A program made the translations under genes and the position numbers. DNA of 64,000 nt. Source: Lama glama. Its lineage: Eukaryota. This document shows positions 1 to 11,480 of the stretch, piece after piece (position 1 is the first letter of the stretch; the number at the start of each line of letters is the position of its first letter). The notes under the pieces were generated by a model. The model made no database searches and was not told the origin of the DNA. It saw only the letters and a program-made list of their open reading frames with translations. Location of the stretch: the NCBI GenBank assembly GCA_028534125.1, contig CM052816.1, positions 21,206,001 to 21,270,000 on the forward strand. Direction: 5' to 3'.

Positions 1-644
1 CAGATAAGAGGCACATCCCCTGAAGCAGGTGTGGGCTGTAGCTAAATTTCCTCAGTGAATGTGCTTATGTGACAAGCATCTCAACTTTCACTTAATCCTA
101 ATGTTTCTTCACTCATCTTTTAATGTATGTCCTCCTCAGTTCATGTTCTCTCACCCTGTCTTTGGCTGTTTCCGTCCATGACAGACAGACCTGCCTGGAG
201 CTTGTGCCTATCCCTTCTATGGCCTGTTCTGAATTTTTCTTCCAGCTGCCCTTTCTTTTACCATCCTGGCCTCATACACAAATTACAACCCACAACTCAT
301 ATCCTGTGGCAGACTACAGCTCACATTAGCCATTGAATGCAAATGAGTCTCAATCAAAGAAGAAAGGAAATTTCAGTGTGGCCTTAGAAGGCTCCATGAC
401 TGTCTTAGTTACTTGTTGCCCTTGGCATGCTGGTATTTTATGTGGGCAGGGTGAAACTGGCTGTGGTCAGGGTGTGACTTTTAAGCTTTTGATTTTTTCC
501 CTTATTTTGAAAGGGTTAAAAAGATATTACATGGTTTGGTATAATTTTAGTACACGTATTAATTTTCGCTCATTCACTGTTACTGGGTCCATATTCTTGC
601 AGAGAATGTATCTTTAAAAGGTAACTTTTAGTGACTTGACACTT

Positions 645-2010
645 TTTTTTCCCTGTAATTTTTTTAAATAACAGCTTTATTGATTATAACTCACATACTG
701 TAAAATTCATCCTTCTAAATGTGTAATTCAGTGGTTTTTAGTATTTTCACAGAGTTGTGCATCCATTATCACTATTTAATATCAGAACAATTTCATTATG
801 CCTGAAAGAAACCCTATGTCCATCAGCAGTTACTCCCTCTTCCTCCATTTCCCCCAGCCCCTAGTAACCAATGTTCTGCTTCTTACCTCTGTGGATTTGC
901 CTCTAATAGGCATTTCATATAAATGGAATCATACCATATGTGGTCTTCTGTGTCTGGCTTCTTTGTCTTAGCATAATGTTTCCAAGGTTCATCCATACTG
1001 TAGCATATATCAGCACTTCATTTATTTTCATTACCAAATAATATTTCATTGTTTATTTGTTTATCCATTCACCATTTGATTGACATTTGGTTCGTTTCTA
1101 CTTTTTTTTTTTTTACTATTAATGATTAATGCTGCTGTGAACATTTGTGTATAAGTTTTTGTGTAGACTCATGTTTTCAGTTCTCTTGGGTGGATACCCA
1201 GGATTGGAACTACTGGATTATACAATAACTATGTTTGTTGCTGGTAGATGTAACCGGTTTCCAGGTTCTTGTCCCATCCCTGAAGGAATTCAGAGACAAT
1301 ATGCAGTGGTTAAAAAAGTAAAGTGAGGATTTATTAAGGAGTGGATAGTATACTCTGAAGGGGAGAGTGGGCAGGCTCAGGTGTGCTAGCTGCCGAGTTT
1401 CTTTGGCAGGTTTGTTACATAGGGTGTAAAAATGAAGGGGTGGAATATTCATTAGGGAGGGAAGGGTCTGGGGTCATATTCCCTGATTTTCATCCTAACT
1501 CCACCTTCCCAAAGGAAGGAGGGATTTTTGTCCTTATTTAGTCTGGATTGGAAGTGTCATGGCGTCGGTGCATGATGGGTACTTTTAATCTGCAAGGCTA
1601 ATTTTATTGAAATAAGGGCATAATGAGCAAAAGGTACTGGACACTGGAGATTCTTGCCTTTTCTCACCTTTCTTTGTTGGCCTCCAGGCCGCTCGTCACC
1701 CCAAAAGGTGTGACCACTTATCAGCCCAGAGGTTCCTGCTTTTCTTTCTCTGCCCAGGGACCCCTGGTGCTTACGTGATGTGTGGTTTTCTGCATTTGAC
1801 CTGTGTCTCCTTTCTGCCCAATTCCTGCCATTTGGCCTGCTCATATCTAGCTATGTGCCTGCTCTACCATGTTTAACCTTTTGAGGAATTGCCACACTTT
1901 TTTCCAAAATGACTGCACCATTTTCCAATCATACCAGCAATGTGTAAGAGATGCAGTTTTTCCACATCTTCATCAACATTTGTTATTGTCTGTCTTTTTA
2001 ATTTTAGTGC
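645..2010 (-). mobile_element. Ancient L1M (L1MB-like) 3' end fragment, interrupted by a solo LTR
   Basis: T-rich start followed by typical antisense L1 3'UTR motifs (ttcagtggtttttagtattttcacagagttgtgc; ggttcatccatactgtagc). The sequence resumes in register at 1870 after the LTR. Confidence 0.75.
1236..1869 (-). mobile_element. Solo LTR, ERV1-like (634 bp)
   Basis: TG...CA termini and a 4-bp target-site duplication TGTT (1232-1235, 1870-1873). Minus-strand AATAAA at 1330-1335 near the 3' end. Removing it restores the host L1 (ataactatgtttaaccttttgagg). Confidence 0.8.
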
Positions 2011-3132
2011 TTTAACTTCTAAAAACATTTTATCATTTATGCACATGGTCTCACACACACAGGCTTAAAATGGAAAGCCAAAGGTTTCCTGCCCTACTTT
2101 CACTGATCCTTATTCCAAATCCCATTCCTAACAACGCACCTTCTCTTTTTTGTTTTTAGTTTTTCTAGTAGTGACCATTGTAATTCCAAATATTTCTTGA
2201 TTCACCAACTATTGGTTTTTTTTTTTTGCTTTTTATTATGAAAACTTTCAAACATGTATGAAAGCAGAGTAGTACAATCAACCCCCATGTATCCATCTCT
2301 AGCTACATCTTATGACCACCTTGGCAGCTGTTTTTTGATTTATCAACTTGAGATATTTTGTGTTAATTTCCCCATTGCAATGTGAGAGTTTACCCCATTT
2401 ATACTATCCCTTCCAAATTCTTTATAGCAAATTATTTTTAGATCTTCTATTACCTTTGTGATTTTGAATGAATACTTACATCTCCTGTTCTTGTTCCATC
2501 AGCGTTCAACAGTATTGCTTAACTGATCCCTCCCCAAGTGAGCTGGGGGTATTAGTGCCCTACCTCTCTTTCCTTGTGCTTTCTCCTCTCAGTCATTTTC
2601 AACTATGCCCCTTATGTTGTCAGGTTGGTAGCACTGACAGTCTGTTCTGTAACCACAACTAAATCCTCCATGCTTTGTCTTCTGGTTGATTCTAAGATTT
2701 AAGAATTGAAAGAATTTACATTATTAGGACTTCAAATGTTTTTCACTGCAGAGCCATACAGTCTGCTAGAATTATCTTTCCTCTGTAGATTCAACATAAC
2801 CACCTTCGTGCCAGTGGGAGAAGACTGTTTTCAGCATCCAGTTGACACTTTTTCAATTCAGAATTACTTGGTAGTCAGTAGGGCTTATGGACCCATTCTC
2901 CAAGCTCTCTTAATTATCACTTACGTCTTGTGTGGCCTTGTATTCTTTAATCATTTTGTGCATTATGTCCTCAGTGAGAGAAGAAACTCCTTGAAAGGGA
3001 AATGATCTTTCATTTTTCACTACCACACCAATTTGAGTCTCCCAGTAAATTAAACTGGTTTCCCCAAAAGTTGTCAGGTAAATATAGCCAGTGCTATTAA
3101 AGTGACATCATGCCATCAGATTCTACATATAC

Positions 3133-3212
3133 TTTATTTTATTATGAATTATAAATACATAAATATTTTTAAAATAAGGCTATTAAAAACTCATAAATTA
3201 AAATATTCAGCT
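3133..3212 (-). terminator. IL4: IL4 3'UTR with AU-rich elements and polyadenylation signal
   Basis: Overlapping AATAAAATAAA at 3133-3143 (minus). ATTTA pentamers at 3152-3156, 3160-3164 and 3194-3198. Confidence 0.85.
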
Positions 3213-3305
3213 TCAACATTTTGAGTATTTCTCCTTCATAATCTTCTTTAGCCTTTCCAAGAAGTCTCTCAATGTGCTCTTCTTGGAGTCATTCACAGAA
3301 CAGGT
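3213..3305 (-). CDS. IL4: Interleukin-4 exon 4 (TCSVNDSKKSTLRDFLERLKKIMKEKYSKC*)
   Basis: Acceptor tttcttttttag at 3306-3317. 93 nt ending in TGA (3213-3215). Matches the IL-4 helix D C-terminus KEKYSKC. Confidence 0.97.
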   Translation of the reverse strand, partial: TCSVNDSKKSTLRDFLERLKKIMKEKYSKC

Positions 3306-3759
3306 CTAAAAAAGAAACATTTTGTTAGTTTGCATTGCTAAGTACTGGATCTTGCTGTCATGCCTGGCTACCTGGCACTTGGCCCTGAACACTGATGAAA
3401 CCAGTACATCCAAGTCTAGCTTGGTTGGGAGTCTGACTCTGCCACTCAGCCAGCAGGATTTGCCTATTTTTGGTGCATATACCTACACTCCTAGAAAGGG
3501 TCACTGTGCCATCACTGTCTGCCTTCTGGGTACTGCCATCCCTGGAGAAGTGTGTCACAGCTAGGTTCTGCTCAGGGGCATAACATGAAGGTAGAGTCTC
3601 AGACTTGCCCATTGTCGTCCTGGGCCTTCTGTGTGGCCACCTGGACTGCTGAGAGAGATTCAGCATGTGTGCCCTCCTGCCCATTAAACAGCAGCGTCAC
3701 AGCCTGGCAGCACTTCAGGTGGAAAGGATTCCTGGTACCAGCCACCAGGCCACTGCTTC

Positions 3760-3910
3760 ATTTTGAATCTCAGCCCTACCAGTTATTAATTGCATTGCTT
3801 AGAACAAACTACTTCATTTATAAAAGCTTCAGTTTCCTTCTTTGTAAAATGGGAACAGTAGTGCCTACTTCTTAGGGTAATAAGAGGATTGAAAGAGAGG
3901 ATGAGTGTAG
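3760..3910 (+). mobile_element. MIR SINE
   Basis: MIR core gcttcagtttccttctttgtaaaatgggaacagtagtgcctac. Confidence 0.7.
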
Positions 3911-4019
3911 ATTCCGCTCCCTGTTCTATTAGCTTATCTTATAAATAAAGCAGCAGGCTCTAGAAGGGGGGATGAATGTTCTCAATTCCTCTACTTGGCG
4001 TTAGATAATGTCTACTCTT

Positions 4020-5546
4020 TGCTCTCTCTCTTCTCTCCATCGTCAACTCTCCCCTCTTACTGGAGGATTCCCACCGGTATTTTGACATGCTCAGTATGTA
4101 CCCCATCAAAAAGAACTTCCCTCACTCCACACCTGCCCTTCCAGCTGTTGTTCTGTTCCTCTGCAACCTTATGAACGAGCACCTCAGAGGAGTTGTCCAC
4201 ACTCAGTGTCCTTTCTTTTTACTCCTCCCTACCCCCATTTTCTATGGAACCCACTCCAATCAGGCTTTCATTCCTGAATCTCCATTTATATCAGCATCAC
4301 CAGTGGCCTCTGTCATGCCAAATCCAGTGGGCATTCTCCAGTGTTCATCTTATTTGATCTTTTAATACATTTGACACAATTGATCACTTCCTCCTCCTCA
4401 AGAGTTTCTTCACTTGCCTTCTGGGGTACCACACTTTAATTTCCTGCTATTGCACTGGCTACTTCTCTTTTGCATAACCCTCCTCTGGTAACCTCTGTAT
4501 GTTAGAGTGCCTCTGGGCTCAGTCCTTGGATCGCTCCCTTTCTCTGTGTCATTCAGGTCTGTGACTTTAAACAACATCTTTCTGATAACCCTTCACTTTA
4601 TATCACAAGTTCTGAGCTCTCCTTTCAGCTTCAGACTTTTTCAAAATTCTTATCAACATCTTCATTGGCTACTCAGCAGGTACCTCAAACTTAACTGTGT
4701 ATAAACTTGAACCTCGTGATCTTAACCTCCCAGCCCTGCTTACCCTCCTCATTTTCCATATCTGTAAACAGCACCAACTATCCCCCAAAGGGCTCAGGCT
4801 AGGAACCAAGAGGTCACCTTTTACTGTTTCCCTCACCCCTCGCAGTAGATCTGTCAGTAAGTTCTCTGGCTCTATTTTCAGTTGTATCCCAAATCTGACA
4901 GCATCTACTGCTCCACTCTGTCAAAACCACTGTCATCTGAAGCCTGCAATGCTGTGGCCATCTTGCTTCTATGCTTACCCCTGTTCAGTCTCTTTATTGC
5001 ACAGTAGCCAGTGATCATTTAAAATCACCTAAATCAGATCATAGTCTCTGCCCTGCTCAAAACTGTCTGGGAGTTTCCCACTGTATCTGGGACAGAATCG
5101 CAAGTTCATGTGAGATCTCCTACTGAAATCCCCCTCGCTCACTGTGATCCAGCCATACTGGCCTTCCTCACTGATCTTTGAACATATGAAGCTTATTTCT
5201 ACCTTAGGGTCTTTGCATAGCTGTTCCCTCTGCCTGGAATGTTCTTTCCAAGTTAGTCACATGGCGGGCTCTTTCACTTAATTCAGAATCTCCACAGATG
5301 ATTTTACTAATTACTAAATCAGCCCTCTCCCTCATGACCCCTATGTTCTTCATTCCTAATTTTTTTTATTCCTATAATTTTGTCATAGCACTTATCAATA
5401 CTGGACATCATATGACATGCTTGTTTGCTTTTATGACTCCCCCATTGAACATTCTGTGAGAGCAAGAACAGTATCCCCGGTGCCTAGAGCAGTACCTGTA
5501 AGCAACACTCACAGAGCCCCAGCAAAACCTGTCGAATGGATGAATG
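4020..5546 (+). mobile_element. L2 LINE 3' portion in IL4 intron 3
   Basis: L2 motifs (ccactccaatcaggctttc; gccaaatccagtgg; catttgacacaattgatcac; cccggtgcctagagcagtacc) ending in a gaatggatgaatg tail. Confidence 0.75.
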
Positions 5547-5635
5547 GGTTAATTGCCCAAGAGTCCTACTGTTCATAAGGAGGAGTATTTAGTATAAGGC
5601 TGCTGTCCAACAGGAGCCCAGTGAGTGCAGCTTAC

Positions 5636-5761
5636 CGTGTTTGCCAGGCCGCTGAGGTTCCTGTCAAGTCCGCTCAGGTGTTTGCTCAAGCAGTTGTGGT
5701 GTCTGTAGATGTGCCGAAGAGCAGTTGCCGCCTTGCAGAAGGTTTCCTTCTCAGTCGTGTT
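5636..5761 (-). CDS. IL4: Interleukin-4 exon 3 (NTTEKETFCKAATALRHIYRHHNCLSKHLSGLDRNLSGLANT)
   Basis: Acceptor tctttctag at 5762-5770 and donor gtaagc at 5630-5635. 126 nt, phase 0. IL-4 motifs NTTEKETFC and LDRNL. Confidence 0.97.
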
Positions 5762-6732
5762 CTAGAAAGAGAAACACCACAGATAGTTACGTGTTGGCTC
5801 GATTCGGGACGTGGGAGAGAGAGATGTTTCCTTCTGATCTGTTCTTTCCAGAAGGATGAATGGAGAAGGTGAATTTGCTTAACTGTGGATCTGGTGTTCC
5901 AGAGACTGGTGGCTGCTCATTGCAGCAAGCAGCCTCTCCCAGTTACCTACAAATGCAGCAGCATTTTCCTAAAACCTCTCAATTTCCTTTCCCTTGGAGG
6001 GTTTTGCTGAAAGGGTGCCTGAATCGAGTTACTCAGCCAAGTAACTGAGAGAGTGGGCCACCTATCTTTAGCCCATGTCTGTTCCTTTACCGCATGCAGG
6101 CTGTTCTTTCTGTGGAAAGGGTTGTATGTCTGTGAGCTTGTGGTCAGAGTCTGTTCTCTCTTATTCCTGTAAGGTCTTAGAATCCAGGTTTCCCTGGAAA
6201 TCCCACATGCTTCTGAAATAAACGAGTGCCCATCCTTTGGCCAGGACAGCACTACTTTGGCCAGCACTCTCTCCATTTAGCCCTCCCCCTGGGAAGTAAC
6301 AGTGTGAGGAGATAAGGGGTTTCCCCACAGCTAGAGGTGAATGCCAGGATCGGGGCTGGGTACCCCTGGGAGTTTGGCCTGGGGAGATCAGGGGCAGCTT
6401 CTGAGTGAGGGTGCTGGGCCTTGAACAGAGCTCCTCCAGTGTGCAGTGTCAGAACCTCCTTGGAATGCTGGCCTTTCTAATGTGGGTCTGGCCACATGGC
6501 TCTCCCTGCGGACGTTTGAGCCTTAGAAGAGGGAATGTGTAAGGGGGAAACAGCTCTTGTTGAGAACCTGGGAGGAGGAGTATGTCTCAGTCTGATCAGG
6601 CCTAGGGTGTCCTCTCACTCTCCCCTGAAGAACAAAAGCATGGAGCCTGGAGGGTGGTCTTAGCTTGAGCCCAATCCAGATCAGATAAAACTATCTTCAG
6701 CCTTTGCCAGGACAGGTTCTTGTCCCTTGCTG

Positions 6733-6860
6733 CTCAGAGTGTGGTCTTTGAAGCTGCAGCCAGGGCATCACCTAGGAACTTGTTAGAAATGCAGACTCTG
6801 AGGCCTCCCCCTGGACCCACTGAATCACAGTATACTACTGGATCTCCAGGGCATTTGCAC
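6733..6860. mobile_element. MER5A-like hAT DNA transposon relic
   Basis: Motif gcatcacctaggaacttgttagaaatgcagactctgaggcc...actgaatca. Confidence 0.7.
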
Positions 6861-7068
6861 TGTCCAGGCAGATTTTTAGGTTCTTACATGTATTTTCTGA
6901 TTGTCAAACTTTTACTGTAAGAGTAATATGTATTTAACAGAAAAGATTTCACTCATTATCCCACCAGCCAGAGATAACTACTGTTAAGATTTTTGATAAC
7001 TGTCTTCCAGATTTTTTTAGTATTTCTTTTTTTTTTTGGCAATAGGGACCAACTATTGATACTGTTTT

Positions 7069-7177
7069 ATTTTCTTTCTTCTTTCTTTTTTTTTTTTAGT
7101 GAAGTTGCTGAGGATTAAACCTAGGATCTCATACCTACTAAGCACACATTCTGCCACTGAGCTGTTACCCTCCCCTG
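7069..7177 (-). mobile_element. tRNA-derived SINE (Vic-1-like, camelid)
   Basis: Minus strand reads ggggagggtaacagctcagtggcagaatg...ggtttaatcc (A/B-box-like) followed by an A-rich tail. 14-bp TSD ATTGATACTGTTTT at 7055-7068 and 7178-7191. Confidence 0.8.
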
Positions 7178-9269
7178 ATTGATACTGTTTTGTAACCTTT
7201 TTACACTTAACATATAGTTCTAGCAATTTCTTAAGTCATTCAGTAGTATTTAAGAAGATGAGATTGAGAGCTGCATAGGAACCCAGGGCCTGTATGCACC
7301 ATAATTGATCAATCCCCTATCATTGCAGTTTTCTGCTTCTATAAATAAAGTGGCAATGAGTCGTCTGTGTAAATTTTTGTTTTCATCTCTTATTTCTTTA
7401 GGCTAAATTCTAGAAGTGCAGTTCATATTTTAGGGTTTTTCCAGGAGGATCTAGACCCAGACTGAGGCACCAGAATCCCAAATTATAGAAGCTTCCCCTG
7501 TTCTCCATGGAGCTTGGTGGCCCATGGGCAGGGCCTTAGGAAGAACATGCACTTAATGAACTGGCCAAGAGCCCTCTGGACCCTGATTCTAGTTGGAAAT
7601 TTAAGAGAGGTACCAATATCTTTGGGCTCTGGGGATCAAGAAACCTCCCATAAATCACCATACCTCTGGGGGCAAGCAGAGGTGGTGAGGCCAAGGAGAA
7701 CACAGACACTAGGTGTGTGCAGATGTAGGCAGAGAGAAATGAGGGCCAAAAGGAGACAAGACCCTTTGCTTATTTTTCCATCAAAATCTAATGAGCCTAT
7801 TCTAAAACTTTGGCTAGGATCTTAGAAATTATACTGCCTTAGTTTTGAGTGTATGGCCATATAATATAGGAAAACACACTAAATATATTTTTCAAAGCCC
7901 TTCTAAAGGTAATTAGGATAAAATAGGAATTGAAAAGAGATTGAATTGAATAGAAAACTTGAAAAGAACTAATTCCAAAGGCTGGTTTAGCTTCAGGTCT
8001 TAAAGCTTTAGCTCCATTGGCATGGCAGCAACAGGATGACACTCCGTACCCACTGCTTTCACCTGTTTGTTGAACTTTTGGTGCCTGAGTACATCTCGTG
8101 TGGCTCGAGGACACTTTGAGGACAGGTGGACCCTGCAGTTCAGCATTACTCAGGGAAGAGACTCCAAAGGGAGCCTGGGCTCTTGACACAAAGAAGCCCA
8201 TCCCCCATGGGAATACAGCAGGTGGTGGAATGCCATCCAGGAGACATCTGTGGCCAGGACTCTGTTAGAGTTCTAATTTGGGACATACAAACCCAGTCCT
8301 ATTTGTGTTATATTCATTATCTTCACTTTGGCCCAAATTTAGTCAGCCAGTGTTATAGATGAAAAAATCCTTTACTTTCACTTTCAAAAGAAGATGTAAA
8401 GGTTGACGTAGAGCTCCCTGAAAAATTGTGTACTTCAGCTCCCTTTGGTTGAGTAGGAAATACCTCCAACTAATGGTCCACTCAGGAAGTCCTTCATAGA
8501 CTGGCCACCTTGCTTGCCTTCCACCTTGCTCTTCCTCAGGCCACCTTAACTTCACTGACACCAGGAAGGCACTGTCCATGAAGCCCAAGATTTAGATCAG
8601 CACATTCTTCCAGCAGCTGCCAAGAGCAGGATGTGGCCCAACTTGGACGTAATGGAACACTTGATCTCCAAAAGAACTAAAATCAATACCTTGGATTTTG
8701 GAAAGATGTTCTTCTTTGAGAACACAAAGAAGTAACTTTTCCTCCCACATGTCACCTTTGTGGGTTTTGAAAATAACTACCTTTCTTTGTTCTGAAATAT
8801 CATAATAGGTAAGTAAGCAGGACTGAGTCTTTGAGGAAAAGAGAATGGGAAAAATGAGATTGTTAATCCAGGAGGAGTAGAAGCAGTTCGGGAGAAGGCA
8901 TGAGGTAGGTAAGAGTGAAGGAAGGCCATATATTATATAGCCATACACTCAAAACTAAGGCAGCAGGGACTGGTTGTAGGAGCTGGCTATCCATGTGGTG
9001 AGGGAGTCTGTGAGAACTGAGTGAAGAGGAGGGCCAAGAACGGAAGGAAAGCAGCATGGCAAGGCCTGCAGCTCTGGGGGTGTGAGGGGTGGCTGGGTCT
9101 TCTAGAGACAGGCTAGAGCAGGGTCGCCCTGGGCTTGGAGTCATGGGGGGTTTCATCATTTCCAACCGTTGGCCCTCTTTCTTAGAATTATTGCTTCTCT
9201 ACAACCAGTTTTTGCCTTTAGTCAAGAGTTACATCATACAATAACACTTTCCACTAACTCAAGAGTTGG

Positions 9270-9405
9270 ATTCCAACAAACTTTCAAAATCATTTTCATA
9301 TCTTCAGATGTAGAAACTGAGGCACAAAGAGGGGTGGAGACTTGCTAAGGGCTACATAGTTAAAGGCAGAACTGGGGCTAAAGCCACAGACTCTCGCTTC
9401 CAGAC
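9270..9405 (-). mobile_element. MIR SINE
   Basis: cagatgtagaaactgaggcacaaagaggggtggagacttgctaaggg is the antisense MIR core. Confidence 0.65.
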
Positions 9406-9899
9406 CCTTGGCACTTCTTTTGGGGCCCTGCGCTTGGCTTTGGTAGAGCCCTCTCGGCAGTGCAGTCGCCCTCTGGAGAACCCAGACTACAGCTCAGTGG
9501 ACTCTTGGCTGTTTTATGTATCTATATAAAATATTAACATAGTCTCCTAGTCCTTCCAATCTACTGAGGGACAGAGTCTGATACAGGATCAGTTTCTGAA
9601 GGATGGAGTTATATAATATATATTACATAATGTTATATATTATACCTTTATATTATATACATGATATCATATAATTACATTACAGTATTATGTATTATTG
9701 TATATCCAGCTACTGGAATAATCTTTAATGAAATGAGATCATCCAGACAGAGGCCTGAAGAACAGTTTTCCTTCCCAGTAGGGTAGGCCTGGTCTGTGGC
9801 CTGGGTGCTGGCGTGAGGCCCTGACCTACCCACAGGGCTTCACTCCTGGCCAAGTAACCCTCCAGTACACGTGGAAAGCAGGTGGTTAGGAGACCACTG

Positions 9900-10600
9900 G
9901 TAGATTGAAGCTCTGGGTTTTTCATTCTCAGTCTTGTGTTTCCATGAAAACAGGAACTGATGTGCACAAAGCTATTGATATGGCTGTAGTCATGTGTTTG
10001 TCAGAGAAAATGCACTATCAGCTGTCAAATCTATCTCCTCCCACTGCACATCAGGGGGTGGGGGTGAGGAGGAAAGGCGAGACGCCCCAGCAGGAGCAGC
10101 CAGAGGCAGGGATATGTTGAACCCTATCTGGTAGACAGTTCTGGACAGGCCGGAGGGGAGTTGGCAGGACAGAAGCAGCTTAGGGCCTCTGGACAGCCAT
10201 GCCCAGAGGTGGTGGACCGTTAGGTGACCAGGCTGCGGAAGAGGAGGGGCTCTGGCGATAACTTTTCTGTTGCCGTAGGAAGTCTCTTAGACAAAATGAA
10301 AGCTCTCTCAACCTGTAATCTCAATATCTGTTTTTGTGAGAGTATTTGGTTTTTCAGAAATGTATGGGCTAGAAAAATTCTCTCCTTTAACAAGTATTTC
10401 TTGAGTGCCTCCTATATTCTAGGCCAGGCCTGGGTAAAATCCTAAAGAGCTTTTCCTTGACTGTGGTCTGAATTATGACTACAAAACCCAAGCTTTCTAT
10501 TATACATCTTCTAAATCAAGTGAAACCAGACACACCAAAACATATTTGAGAATAAAGATCAGAATTCTTGTTCTTTGAAAACATTTCACATTTTACAGTT
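9900..10600. promoter_or_regulatory. Putative IL4 intron-2 enhancer (HS2/HSII region)
   Basis: Non-repetitive 5' part of intron 2. STAT5-type TTCN3GAA sites at 9940-9948 and 10571-10579. GATA/E-box/GATA cluster ctatcagctgtcaaatctatct at ~10015-10036. Position matches the known HS2. Confidence 0.5.
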
Positions 10601-10710
10601 AATTTGGGCCTGCTCGCTCTCTGTTTAAAAAGTTTCTTTTTCAAATACTTGTGAATAGCTCTCCTCACCAAATCACCCATCTGCCAAAGCAGACCCGGGA
10701 CAGCTCTTAC

Positions 10711-10758
10711 CTTTGGGGCAGCAAAGACGTCTGCTACAGTCAGCTCCATGCACGAATT
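10711..10758 (-). CDS. IL4: Interleukin-4 exon 2 (NSCMELTVADVFAAPK)
   Basis: 48-nt symmetric exon. Acceptor ...cctgggccaag and donor gtaaga (10705-10710). Confidence 0.97.
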
Positions 10759-11036
10759 CTTGGCCCAGGCAGGAACGAGAGAGCAAGAGACAGAGTTACC
10801 TCCAACTGCACAGAGTAATCCTTGCTGAGCACTTCTCACCCCCTAAACTGAGAAAACTTCCTATAGTTCCTCAGGGAAAAAAAAAAATGCCAGGAGAAAA
10901 GTCTCCACTCTGCTCCCGGTCCTGTCACCAGTCACCAACTCCCAGCTCCCTGGACGCTGTTGTGTTCTCACAGTCTGAGAAGTACGCACAGCATCACCAG
11001 AACATCTGGAGAGATGGTGCCAGATAGCTTACTCAC

Positions 11037-11171
11037 CTTTCTCGCAGTGAGGGTGTTCAGCGTTTTGATGATCTCTTGCAAGGTGATATCACACTTGTGT
11101 CCGTGGGCAAAGTTGCTGGTACAAACCAGTAAGCAGACCAGGGTTGGGATCAGTTGGGAAGTGAGACCCAT
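11037..11171 (-). CDS. IL4: Interleukin-4 exon 1 (MGLTSQLIPTLVCLLVCTSNFAHGHKCDITLQEIIKTLNTLTARK)
   Basis: ATG at 11169-11171, then signal peptide plus HKCDITLQEIIKTLN. Donor gtgagt at 11031-11036. Joined CDS is 133 aa with six mature-chain Cys. Confidence 0.98.
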
Positions 11172-11235
11172 TAATAGATTTCTATTTGCCCTGATAATGT
11201 GAGGCAATTAGTTTACCAGGAGAAGCTAACAATGC

Positions 11236-11480
11236 AATTCTGACAAAGATATCTCTATATATAGATATAAAATTGCTGAAACTGAGGGAAAATCAGTTTA
11301 CATTGGAAATTTTCGTTACACCAAGTTGTCAGTCATTTGGGGCCAATCAGCTTGTCTCTTCCAGGAGAAAAAATGCCTCACAGAAACAGGTAAAATGTTC
11401 CTGTGAAATCAGACCAGTAGGAAAATGAAACCTTTTTTTAAAATTAACTACAAAGTATCAGCATAGGAAATTACACCATT
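11236..11480 (-). promoter_or_regulatory. IL4: IL4 proximal promoter
   Basis: TATATATA at ~11256-11263; c-Maf half-site region ttgctgaa ~11273-11280; P0 gagggaaaat ~11284-11293; P1 TGTAACGAAAATTTCCAATGTA (minus, ~11299-11320); CCAAT 11343-11347; STAT6-type TTCCTGTGAA 11398-11407; further NFAT GGAAA boxes ~11420 and ~11466. Confidence 0.9.

Noticed and set aside
1..640. KIF3A terminal exons or CNS-2/HS V
   Set aside because: No kinesin-like coding sequence is visible, and I cannot confirm CNS-2 identity from the sequence alone; these are expected further downstream of IL4.
3306..5635. Human-type 70-bp VNTR in IL4 intron 3
   Set aside because: No tandem array seen; the intron is mostly MIR and L2.
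9608..9705. AT-rich quasi-palindromic stretch in IL4 intron 2
   Set aside because: Low-complexity (TA)-rich sequence without defined structure.
11172..11207. N-terminal extension MPHIIRANRNLL on IL-4 in the ORF track
   Set aside because: It starts at a non-ATG codon in the 5'UTR; the conserved start is MGLTSQ at 11171.
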